Below are positions 41,233-49,347 of a stretch of DNA of 64,000 nucleotides, piece by piece. A program made the translations under genes and the position numbers. Within the stretch, counting starts at the first letter, position 1. Every line of letters starts with the position of its first letter. Source of the DNA: an uncultured Aureimonas sp. (GTDB taxonomy: Bacteria; Pseudomonadota; Alphaproteobacteria; Rhizobiales; Rhizobiaceae); NCBI RefSeq assembly GCF_913775355.1, contig NZ_CAJYIU010000041.1, positions 1,503 to 65,502 of the forward strand, given 5' to 3'. The notes below the pieces were generated by a model. The model was given only the letters and a program-made list of their open reading frames with translations. It searched no databases and was not told the origin of the DNA.

Positions 41233-41900
41233 CAGCCGCGCCCACCGCGTGCGGCGCGGATCGCCTCGAAGGCCTCGCGCAGCGCGTCGACCACGATCGC
41301 GGCCGAGGCGGCGCCGGGATCGACATGCCCGAGGCTGCGCGTCCCGAGCCGCGCCGCGCGGCCCTTCGAGGCGACCATGGTCCGGGTCGCGTCGCGGCCC
41401 TGCGCGGCGGCCCGGGCCGCTGCGCCGAGCGCGGTCCCCACGTCCACGCCGGATGCTTCGGCCGCCCCGATCGCCCGCAGCGCGGGGCCGAACGCGTCCA
41501 TCATCGTCTTGTCGCCCGGCACCGCCTTGCCGCGCCGCGAGATCCCCTCGCCGAGGCCCGCAACGAGCGCCAGGAGATCGCCGTCCGACAGCTCGGCCCG
41601 TCCCGCAAGGCGCCGTCCGGCTTCCTGGAAGCCGCTGGCATAAAGGGGTCCGGCCGTCGCGCCGACGGCGTCGAGGAAGGAGCGGGCGGCGATCGGCAGG
41701 AGGTCGGCCGCGCCGGCGCCGGCATGGGCCGCGTCCTGCGCATCGCGGACCACGGCCGCAAAACCTTCCGACATGGTACGGCCGTGGTCGGCATCGCCAA
41801 TTGCGCCGTCGAGCTCGGCCAGATGCTCGCGCGCCTCGTCGATCCGGCGCGCCACCGTGCGCAGGATCTCGACGAACTGGTCGGCTGTGATTCGTGACAT
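41232..41900 (-). CDS. dhaL: dihydroxyacetone kinase DhaL (Dak2) subunit, copy 1
   Basis: LDGAIGDADHG, GDKTMMD, KGRAARLG, DPGA; TGATG overlap with the regulator fusion. Confidence 0.88.
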   Translation of the reverse strand: MSRITADQFVEILRTVARRIDEAREHLAELDGAIGDADHGRTMSEGFAAVVRDAQDAAHAGAGAADLLPIAARSFLDAVGATAGPLYASGFQEAGRRLAGRAELSDGDLLALVAGLGEGISRRGKAVPGDKTMMDAFGPALRAIGAAEASGVDVGTALGAAARAAAQGRDATRTMVASKGRAARLGTRSLGHVDPGAASAAIVVDALREAFEAIRAARGGRG

Positions 41901-41982
41901 GGGCCGAGTGTCGGAGCGCGCGGGCGATCGTGCAAGCGCCGGCCGGCCGACGACGGTCCGGCAGCGCATTCGGATGCGGCGT

Positions 41983-42015
41983 TGACATTTGTCGGAAACA
42001 ATCTGACTAATGTCG
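41983..42015. promoter_or_regulatory. tandem dyad operator between divergent dha operons
   Basis: TGAC-ATTT-GTCG and TGAC-TAAT-GTCG, 21 bp apart. Confidence 0.55.
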
Positions 42016-42080
42016 AAACGAGGCGTCGAAGGGAGAATCGGCGCCGGGAACGCCGTAAGGGTGTTCCGGGAGGATGTTGA

Positions 42081-43562
42081 ATGTCGGAACCGCTTCTCAA
42101 GGTGGAAGGGCTGCGCAAGTCCTTCGGCGGCGTCGCTGCGCTGCGAGACGGCCGCTTCGAGCTCGAAGCCGGCTCCGTGCATGCCCTGTGCGGCGGCAAC
42201 GGCGCGGGCAAGTCCACCTTCCTCACCATCGTCATGGGCATCCAGAAGCGCGACGGCGGCACGATCTGGCGCAACGGCCAGCCGGTCGACTTCTCCAGCC
42301 CCGCCGATGCGCTGAAGGCCGGCATCGCGATCATCGAGCAGGAACTGAGCCCGGTTCCCCACATGAGCGTCGCCGAGAACATCTTTCTCGGGCGCGAGCC
42401 GTCCGGCCGCTTCGGCGGCATCGACTTCCGCACCATGAACGCCCGCGCGCAGGCGCTGCTCGACGATCTCGGCTTCGCAATCGACGCGCGTCAGGCGATG
42501 GCGACGCTCTCGGTCGCGCAGATGCAGCTCGTCGAGATCGCCAAGGCGCTGAGCCACGACGCCGAAGTCATCTTCATGGACGAGCCGACCTCGGCCATTG
42601 GCGAGCGCGAGGCGCAGCACCTCTTCGCCGCGATCGAGCGCCTGAAGGCTCAAGGGCGCGGCATCGTCTACGTCTCGCACCGCCTGTCCGAGATTTTCCA
42701 GATCGCCGACAGCTACACCGTGTTCCGCGACGGCGCCTATGTCGCGAGCGGCAAGCTCGCCGAGATCGACCGTCCCGGCCTGATCGGCATGATCGTCGGT
42801 CGCGAGCTCGGCGAGGAATACATCAAGACCAACACGCCGTCCGAGACGGTCGGCCTGCGGGTCGAGGGGCTGGCGAGCCCGGGCCGGATCGAGGACATCT
42901 CGTTCGACGTGCGCAAGGGCGAGATCTTCGGCATCTACGGGCTGATGGGCTCCGGCCGCACCGAGATCTTCGATGCGCTGTTCGGCCTCGACCCGAAGGC
43001 CGAGGGGCGCATCGCCGTCGATGGCCGGGAGATCGTGGTCCGCAAGCCGGCCGATGCGATGGCGGAGGGGCTGGCGCTCGTCACCGAGGACCGCAAGCAG
43101 ACCGGCCTCAACCTCCACGATTCGGTGCGCGGCAACATCGCGCTGGCGAGCCTGCCCGAGATGAGCCCGGCCTTCGCCATGCGTGGCCGGGACGAGGCGG
43201 CGGCCGCCCACGAGATGATCGCGCGCTTCGGCATCAAGGCGGCGCGCGACACGATGCCGGTGTCCGGCCTATCGGGCGGCAACCAGCAGAAGGTCGTGCT
43301 CGGCAAGTGGTTCCTGCGCAATCCACGGGTGCTGCTTCTCGACGAGCCGACGCGCGGCGTCGATGTCGGCGCCAAGCGCGAGATCTACCGCATAATCTGC
43401 GAGTTCGCCGCCGCCGGCGGCACGGTCGCGATGATCTCGTCGGAGATCGACGAGGTGCTCGGCTTGTCGGACCGCGTGATGGTGATGCGGGGCGGGCGCT
43501 CGGCCGGCATCCTCGGCCGCGGCGAGGCCAGCGCGCAATCGCTCGTCCATCTTTCGACCTGA
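42081..43562 (+). CDS. sugar/polyol ABC transporter ATP-binding protein
   Basis: GGNGAGKST, LSGGNQQK, LLDEPTRGVD. Confidence 0.93.
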   Translation: MSEPLLKVEGLRKSFGGVAALRDGRFELEAGSVHALCGGNGAGKSTFLTIVMGIQKRDGGTIWRNGQPVDFSSPADALKAGIAIIEQELSPVPHMSVAENIFLGREPSGRFGGIDFRTMNARAQALLDDLGFAIDARQAMATLSVAQMQLVEIAKALSHDAEVIFMDEPTSAIGEREAQHLFAAIERLKAQGRGIVYVSHRLSEIFQIADSYTVFRDGAYVASGKLAEIDRPGLIGMIVGRELGEEYIKTNTPSETVGLRVEGLASPGRIEDISFDVRKGEIFGIYGLMGSGRTEIFDALFGLDPKAEGRIAVDGREIVVRKPADAMAEGLALVTEDRKQTGLNLHDSVRGNIALASLPEMSPAFAMRGRDEAAAAHEMIARFGIKAARDTMPVSGLSGGNQQKVVLGKWFLRNPRVLLLDEPTRGVDVGAKREIYRIICEFAAAGGTVAMISSEIDEVLGLSDRVMVMRGGRSAGILGRGEASAQSLVHLST

Positions 43563-43617
43563 ACCGGGCTTCCCGCAGCCCGCGCCCGCGCAAGACCCTT
43601 TGGGGGGAGACGATCCC

Positions 43618-44622
43618 GTGACCGACATCAACGCAAAAGCCGCCGATCCCAATGCGGGCGCCGAGCGCCGCCGGCTCCTAATCCAGGAATACGGCATCTT
43701 CATCGCCTTCCTGATCCTGGTCGGCGTGCTCGCCGTCTCCAGCCCCTACTTCCTGACGGCCGGCAACATCTCGAACGTCCTCCTGCAAACGTCGATCAAC
43801 GGCATCCTCGCCATCGGCATGACCTTCGTCATCCTGACGCGCGGCATCGACCTGTCGGTCGGCTCCGTCGTGGCGCTGGCCGGCATCGTCAGCGCCAGCT
43901 TCGTGACGACGACGGCGAACGCCAGCGTCGCGGGCGGTCCGTACCCGATGGTACTGGCGCTCGCAATCGGCATCGGCGTCGGCGTTCTCTCCGGCGCGAT
44001 CGTCGGCCTCATCGTCTCGCGCTTCAACGTGCCGGCCTTCGTGGCGACGCTCGGCATGCTGTCGGCCGCACGCGGCATGACGCTGATCTACGGCGGCGGC
44101 CGCCCCGTGCCGGGCCTCATCCCCGAGTTCCGCTGGATCGGCACCGGCAACGTCTTCGGCGTGCCGCTGCCGGTCGTGATCCTCGCCGTCGTCTTCGCCG
44201 TCTCGTGGTGGCTTCTCTCCTCGACCCGCTTCGGTCGCTACATCTACGCCGTCGGCGGCAACCCGCACGCGGCCAAGACCTCGGGCATCAACGTCGCCCG
44301 CATCCGCTTCATGGTCTACGTCATCTCGGGCGCGCTCGCGGGTCTGGCCGGCATGATCCTGTCGGCGCGCACCGGCTCGGCCCTGCCGCAGGCGGGCGTC
44401 GCCTACGAGCTCGACGCGATCGCGGCGGTCGTCATCGGCGGCACCTCGCTCTCGGGCGGCGTCGGCCGCGTCACCGGCACCCTGATCGGTGCGCTGATCA
44501 TCGGCGTGATGAACAACGGCCTCGATCTCATGGGCATCCAGTCCTACTACCAGCAGATCCTCAAGGGCGCCCTGATCGTGGGCGCGGTGATGCTGGACCA
44601 GAAGCGCAGTCACGCCGGCTGA
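43618..44622 (+). CDS. sugar/polyol ABC transporter permease
   Basis: GTG start; GIDLSVG, AAVVIGGTS. Confidence 0.92.
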   Translation: MTDINAKAADPNAGAERRRLLIQEYGIFIAFLILVGVLAVSSPYFLTAGNISNVLLQTSINGILAIGMTFVILTRGIDLSVGSVVALAGIVSASFVTTTANASVAGGPYPMVLALAIGIGVGVLSGAIVGLIVSRFNVPAFVATLGMLSAARGMTLIYGGGRPVPGLIPEFRWIGTGNVFGVPLPVVILAVVFAVSWWLLSSTRFGRYIYAVGGNPHAAKTSGINVARIRFMVYVISGALAGLAGMILSARTGSALPQAGVAYELDAIAAVVIGGTSLSGGVGRVTGTLIGALIIGVMNNGLDLMGIQSYYQQILKGALIVGAVMLDQKRSHAG

Positions 44623-44716
44623 GCGCTCGGAAAATTCCGCCCGGCGGCGACGCCGGGCCGATGGGAGAGGTGCCATCCCGGCGCTCTCCGAGACAGGTTC
44701 CACAGGGAGGAAGACG

Positions 44717-45697
44717 ATGAAGACCCTATTGCTGGCCCTCGGCCTTGCCACCGCACTCTCGGCGCCCGTCATGGCGCAGGAGAAGCTGAAGATCGGCGCG
44801 ACCGTCTACGGTCTCAACGCCGAGTTCATGCAGATCTGGACCGCCGCGCTGCAGAAGCATCCGGCCGTGCAGAAGGGCGAGGTCGAGGTGACCGTGTTCG
44901 ACGGCCGCTACGACGCGCTGGTCCAGCAGGAGCAGTTCAACACGATGATCACGCAGAAGTACGATGCGATCATCTTCGTTCCGATGGACATCGAGGCGGG
45001 CGCCGCGCCCGTGCAGGCCGCGGTCGACGCCGGCATCCCGGTCGTCGGCTCGAACGCGCGCGTCAACTCCGATCTTCTCACCTCCTATGTCGGCTCCAAC
45101 GACGTCGAGGCCGGCGAGCTCGAGGGCAAGGCCGTCCTCGACAAGATGGGCTGCAAGGGCAACCTCGTGATCATCGAGGGCCCGATCGGCCAGAGCGGCC
45201 AGATCCAGCGCCTCGAGGGCAACGAGAAGGCGCTCGCCGCCTGCCCCGACGTGAAGGTGCTGGAGAAGCAGACCGGCAACTGGTCGCGCGCCGAGGCCCA
45301 GACGCTGATGGAGAACTGGCTGACCTCGCATCCCGGCCAGATCAACGGCGTGATCGGCCAGAACGACGAGATGGCGCTCGGCGCGATCGAGGCGATCAAG
45401 GCCGCCGGCCTCAACGTCAACGACTTCGCGATCGCCGGCATCGACGGCGTGACCGACGCGATCAACTCGGTGAAGGCCGGCGAGATGGCGTCGATCCTGC
45501 AGGACGCGAACGCGCAGGCCCAGGGCGCGCTCGACGTAGCGATCAAGGCCGTGAAGGCGGACTACCAGCCGCAGTCGCCGATCTGGAACCAGTATCCGTC
45601 GATGAAGTGGGAAGACGGCAAGGCCAAGACCTACCTCGTCCCCTGGACGCCGGTGACGACCGCCAACGCCGACGAGCTCCTGAAGTCGCGCCAGTAG
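44717..45697 (+). CDS. sugar/polyol ABC transporter substrate-binding protein
   Basis: Signal peptide; RbsB-like GQNDEMALG, IAGIDG. Confidence 0.9.
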   Translation: MKTLLLALGLATALSAPVMAQEKLKIGATVYGLNAEFMQIWTAALQKHPAVQKGEVEVTVFDGRYDALVQQEQFNTMITQKYDAIIFVPMDIEAGAAPVQAAVDAGIPVVGSNARVNSDLLTSYVGSNDVEAGELEGKAVLDKMGCKGNLVIIEGPIGQSGQIQRLEGNEKALAACPDVKVLEKQTGNWSRAEAQTLMENWLTSHPGQINGVIGQNDEMALGAIEAIKAAGLNVNDFAIAGIDGVTDAINSVKAGEMASILQDANAQAQGALDVAIKAVKADYQPQSPIWNQYPSMKWEDGKAKTYLVPWTPVTTANADELLKSRQ

Positions 45698-45774
45698 ACG
45701 CCTGACGGGCGGCGGCCGGCAGTCCGGCCGCCGCCCATCGCCCGTCCCTTTCCCCAAAGCCCGGAGCCCGTCCC

Positions 45775-46542
45775 GTGAGCGACGCCCCTTCCATCGATCT
45801 CGACTTCTCGCTGGCCGCCAAGGTCGCGCTCGTCACGGGCGGCGGCTCGGGCATCGGCCAGGCGATCGCGCGCGCCCTGAGCCAGAAGGGCGCGCGGGTC
45901 GCGCTTCTCGACAACAACCTCCAGGCCGCCGAGGCGACCGCCGGCGAGCTGGCCGACGCGCGCGCCTTCCGCTGCGATGTCGCCGATCCCGCCTCGGTCG
46001 AGGAGGCCGTCGCGGCGGCCGAAAGCGCGTTCGGCGCGATCGACATCGTGGTCAACAGTGCCGGCATCGTCGCGCTCGCGCCGGCCGAGAGCCTGACGCT
46101 CGACCAGTGGGACCGCACGATCGCGATCAACCTGAAGGGCACGTTCCTCGTCAGCCAGGCCGCCGGAAAGCGCATGATCGCGGCCGGGCGCGGCGGGCGC
46201 ATCGTCAACCTCGCCTCGCAGGCCGGAACGGTCGCGATCGAGGAGCACATCGCCTACTGCGCCTCGAAGTTCGGCGTGATCGGTCTCACCAAGACGCTGG
46301 CGGCCGAATGGGGCCGTCACGGCATCACCGCCAATACGATCTCGCCGACCGTCGTCCTCACCGAACTCGGCAAAGCTGCCTGGGCCGGCGAGAAAGGCGA
46401 GGCTGCCAAGAAGCGCATCCCGACCGGCCGCTTCGCCTATCCGGGCGAGATCGCGGCGGCGGCCGTCTTCCTCGCCTCGGATGCCGCGGCCATGGTCAAC
46501 GGTGCCGACCTCGTCGTCGACGGCGGCTACACCATCCTCTGA
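45775..46542 (+). CDS. SDR oxidoreductase, GolD/DthD (polyol dehydrogenase)-like
   Basis: TGGGSGIG, NSAG, YCASK catalytic motif, SPTVVLTELG; adjacent to dhaK/dhaL. Confidence 0.85.
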   Translation: MSDAPSIDLDFSLAAKVALVTGGGSGIGQAIARALSQKGARVALLDNNLQAAEATAGELADARAFRCDVADPASVEEAVAAAESAFGAIDIVVNSAGIVALAPAESLTLDQWDRTIAINLKGTFLVSQAAGKRMIAAGRGGRIVNLASQAGTVAIEEHIAYCASKFGVIGLTKTLAAEWGRHGITANTISPTVVLTELGKAAWAGEKGEAAKKRIPTGRFAYPGEIAAAAVFLASDAAAMVNGADLVVDGGYTIL

Positions 46543-46586
46543 AGCCCGGCCTTCCAGACCATCCTTTTCACAACGGACCCCGCGCC

Positions 46587-47585
46587 ATGCAGCGTTTCAT
46601 CAACGATCCCGACAATGTGGTGGACGACACCGTCCGCGGCTTCGTGAAGGCCCATCGCGACCTCGTGCGCCTGTCGGAGACGAACCGGCGCGTGGTCGTG
46701 TCGACGAACGCGCCGAAGAGCGGGCGCGTCGGCGTCGTCACCGGCGGCGGCTCCGGCCACGAGCCGGCCTTCATCGGCTACACCGGCAAGGGGCTGGTCG
46801 ACGCGGTGGCGGTGGGCGAACTGTTCTCCTCGCCGACCGCCAAGAGCTTCCATGACGCGATCAAGGAAGCCAGCGGCGGCGCGGGCGTCGTCTGCCTCTA
46901 CGGCAACTATGCCGGCGACAACATGAACGTGAAGATGGCGCAGAAGCTCAGCGCCAAGGACGGCATCGAGGTCGCCGTCGTGGTCGCCAACGACGACGTC
47001 TGCTCGGCCCCGCCGGAGGAGCGCGAGAAGCGCCGCGGCGTCGCCGGCGAGATCTTCATGTGGAAGATCGGCGGCGCCAAGGCGAACGAGGGCGCGAGCC
47101 TCGAGGAGGTGCGCGCCACCGCCCAGAAGGCGATCGACAACTGCCGTTCGATCGGCGTCGGCCTCGGCCCCTGCACCCTGCCGGCCGTCGGCCATCCGAA
47201 CTTCCAGATCGAGCCCGGCACGATGGAGGTCGGCATCGGCCACCACGGCGAGCCGGGCATCCGCGTGGAACCGCTGAAGACCGCCGCCGAGGTGGCGCGC
47301 GACATGGCCAAGATCGTCCTCGACGACCATGCGCTCGCCTCGGGCACCGAAGTCGCGGTCCTGGTCTCCGGCCTCGGCGCGACGCCGCTCAACGAGCTCT
47401 ACATCCTGAACGACACGATCGAGGCCGAGATCGTCGGTCGCGGCCTCTCGGTCTACCGCACCTATGTCGGCAACTACTTCACTTCGCTGGAGATGGTCGG
47501 CGCGACGCTGACGGTGCTCGCGCTCGACGACGAACTGAAGCGCCTTCTCGACGCCGAGGCCCGCGCGCCCGGCTTCCAGGGTTGA
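46587..47585 (+). CDS. dhaK: dihydroxyacetone kinase DhaK (Dak1) subunit
   Basis: MQRFIND, GGGSGHEP, NYAGD, GIGHHGEPG, TSLEM. Confidence 0.92.
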   Translation: MQRFINDPDNVVDDTVRGFVKAHRDLVRLSETNRRVVVSTNAPKSGRVGVVTGGGSGHEPAFIGYTGKGLVDAVAVGELFSSPTAKSFHDAIKEASGGAGVVCLYGNYAGDNMNVKMAQKLSAKDGIEVAVVVANDDVCSAPPEEREKRRGVAGEIFMWKIGGAKANEGASLEEVRATAQKAIDNCRSIGVGLGPCTLPAVGHPNFQIEPGTMEVGIGHHGEPGIRVEPLKTAAEVARDMAKIVLDDHALASGTEVAVLVSGLGATPLNELYILNDTIEAEIVGRGLSVYRTYVGNYFTSLEMVGATLTVLALDDELKRLLDAEARAPGFQG

Positions 47586-47599
47586 GGGAGACCGGACCG

Positions 47600-48241
47600 A
47601 TGCAGAGCTTCCCGAATGCCGGCAGCGGCGCGATCGTCGAGGCGATGGCGGCGCGGATCGTCGAGAACAAGGCCTACCTGTCGGAGATCGACGGCAAGAT
47701 CGGCGACGGCGACCACGGCGTGAACATGGCCAAGGGCTTCGGCATGGCGGCCGAGCGGCTGAAGGGCCGCGACGCGTCGCTGGCAGAGGCCTTCGCGCTT
47801 CTCGGCGAGGTGCTGATGGGCGAGATCGGCGGCTCGATGGGGCCGCTCTACGGCATGACCTTCACCGAGTTCGCGGAAAGCATCGAGGGCCGGGACGCCA
47901 TCGACGCCGCCCTGTTCTCGACCATGCTCCACAAGGGCCTCGAGGGCGTGCAGTCGATCGGCTCGGCCAAGGTCGGCGACAAGACCCTCCTCGACACGTT
48001 CGTGCCGGCGGTCGAGGCGTTCGATGCGGCGACGGCTGAGGGCAAGTCGTTTGCCGAGGCGCTGGACGCGCTGACGGCCGCGGCCGACACGGGGCGCGAC
48101 TCGACGATCGATCTCGTGGCGAAGATCGGCCGGGCGAGCCGTCTCGGCGAGCGCTCGCGCGGCGTGCTCGACGCGGGCGCGACGTCCTGCGCGATGATCC
48201 TCGGCACGCTTGCGGACGGCGCGAAGACCCGGCTCGGCTGA
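47600..48241 (+). CDS. dhaL: dihydroxyacetone kinase DhaL (Dak2) subunit, copy 2
   Basis: IDGKIGDGDHG, GGSMGPLYG, GDKTLLD, GRASRLG, DAGA. Confidence 0.92.
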   Translation: MQSFPNAGSGAIVEAMAARIVENKAYLSEIDGKIGDGDHGVNMAKGFGMAAERLKGRDASLAEAFALLGEVLMGEIGGSMGPLYGMTFTEFAESIEGRDAIDAALFSTMLHKGLEGVQSIGSAKVGDKTLLDTFVPAVEAFDAATAEGKSFAEALDALTAAADTGRDSTIDLVAKIGRASRLGERSRGVLDAGATSCAMILGTLADGAKTRLG

Positions 48242-48271
48242 GGCGGGCGGCGCAACGCAGACAAGCCGTCC

Positions 48272-48304
48272 GAGGGGGAGGGGCTGCGGCGCCTCCCCTT
48301 TTTC
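48272..48304 (+). terminator. intrinsic terminator of dha operon
   Basis: ggggagg...cctcccc stem followed by TTTTT. Confidence 0.65.
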
Positions 48305-48339
48305 GTGTCGGGGCTTGGCCGATGATCGTGCCCCAACGC

Positions 48340-48445
48340 AAAACGCCCCGCCGGGGGAGGACCGGCAGGGCGTCATGGGTAAAGCCAGCGTGGGAGGAAC
48401 GCGGGCTTCGATCCGCTTCGGTCGTTGGGAGGAGGATGACCGATG
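48340..48445 (-). ncRNA. cuckoo / alpha-r14-like small RNA with three anti-SD hairpins
   Basis: Minus strand: cggtc-at-CCTCCTCCC-aac-gaccg; agcccgcgt-TCCTCCC-acgctggct; acgccctgccgg-TCCTCCC-ccggcggggcgt-TTT; 5' end may extend to about 48503. Confidence 0.75.
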
Positions 48446-48563
48446 CGAAACTCTCGAACGGTGCGGTCACGTCCCGAAGGGCTGTCCGTCTCGCTCTGTT
48501 GATTGGAATATAAGCGCCTCCCCCGGAATGCTGTAGTGCAAAAAGCGCATAGCTGCATTGCGG

Positions 48564-48580
48564 CATAAGTCTGCGTTATG
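48564..48580. promoter_or_regulatory. LysR-type (T-N11-A) dyad
   Basis: Perfect CATAA-N7-TTATG between the sRNA and the divergent membrane-protein gene. Confidence 0.5.
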
Positions 48581-48693
48581 ACGATCGGTTGATCGAGCCG
48601 CCCGAGCGGGTAGGCGGCTATTCATCATTCCGTCATACGGGATGACAGGCATCCTTACGGTCTCTAGCATGTCGCCGAGACTGAGGGGACACG

Positions 48694-49347
48694 ATGCCAC
48701 ATCTGGAATTTCGAAACGGCTTCGCCAGGCTTCTGGCGGGCGCGGTGGGATTGACCCTTGCGGGCACTCTCGTCGCGGCCTGGATTCTCGGCCTGCCGCT
48801 GGCGGCGCACGAGAACGGACCGCTGGAATGGACGCAGGAAGCCGCGCTTCTGGCTGCTGCGTTGTTCTCGGGCGCGGCGGCGCTCGGCCTGAGGGGCGCC
48901 GAGCGTCTGGCCGCCTATCTCGCGACGCTGCTCTATCTCGTCTTCCTGCTGCGCGAGCTGGAACTGCCGCCGACGGGGCCGGTGACGACTTATCTCGTGT
49001 CGGACGCCTTCCGCTGGCACGAGGCGATCGCGCTCGCCGTCCTCGTCCTGCCGCCCATCGTCGCCGGCCGGCGTCATTGGCGCACCTTCCTGCGCTACGG
49101 GCTCGGCTTTCAGGGCTGGCCGTTCGTGCTGGCGGCGGGCTTCGTCGGCCTCGGCGCCGTGTTCGACGGCGCGCCCTATCTCGGCGGCATCGCCGATCTC
49201 GGCACCTTCCTCGAGGAGACCGCCGAACTTGCCGGCTACGTCGTCCTCGCGACCGTCGCCGGCTGGGTGCTCGCCGGCACTTGCAGCGAGGCGACGACGA
49301 CCCGCGCCGTCGCGCTGCAGACCGGCGAGCCGGCCGTCACTCAGTAG
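48694..49347 (+). CDS. hypothetical integral membrane protein
   Basis: 217 aa, about six hydrophobic segments, ENGPLEWTQE and FLEETAEL motifs. Confidence 0.7.
   Translation: MPHLEFRNGFARLLAGAVGLTLAGTLVAAWILGLPLAAHENGPLEWTQEAALLAAALFSGAAALGLRGAERLAAYLATLLYLVFLLRELELPPTGPVTTYLVSDAFRWHEAIALAVLVLPPIVAGRRHWRTFLRYGLGFQGWPFVLAAGFVGLGAVFDGAPYLGGIADLGTFLEETAELAGYVVLATVAGWVLAGTCSEATTTRAVALQTGEPAVTQ

Noticed and set aside
39173-41988. ORF-track 934-aa product suggesting DhaL-regulator-DhaK triple fusion
   Set aside because: The first 250 codons are an out-of-frame read over dhaL; real dhaL stops at 41232-41234 and the regulator starts at the overlapping ATG (41232)
48443-48502. 19-aa plus-strand ORF (MRNSRTVRSRPEGLSVSLC) after GGAGGAGG
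   Set aside because: The SD-like sequences are better explained as the complement of three CCUCC hairpin loops of a minus-strand sRNA; no upstream promoter past the dha terminator evident
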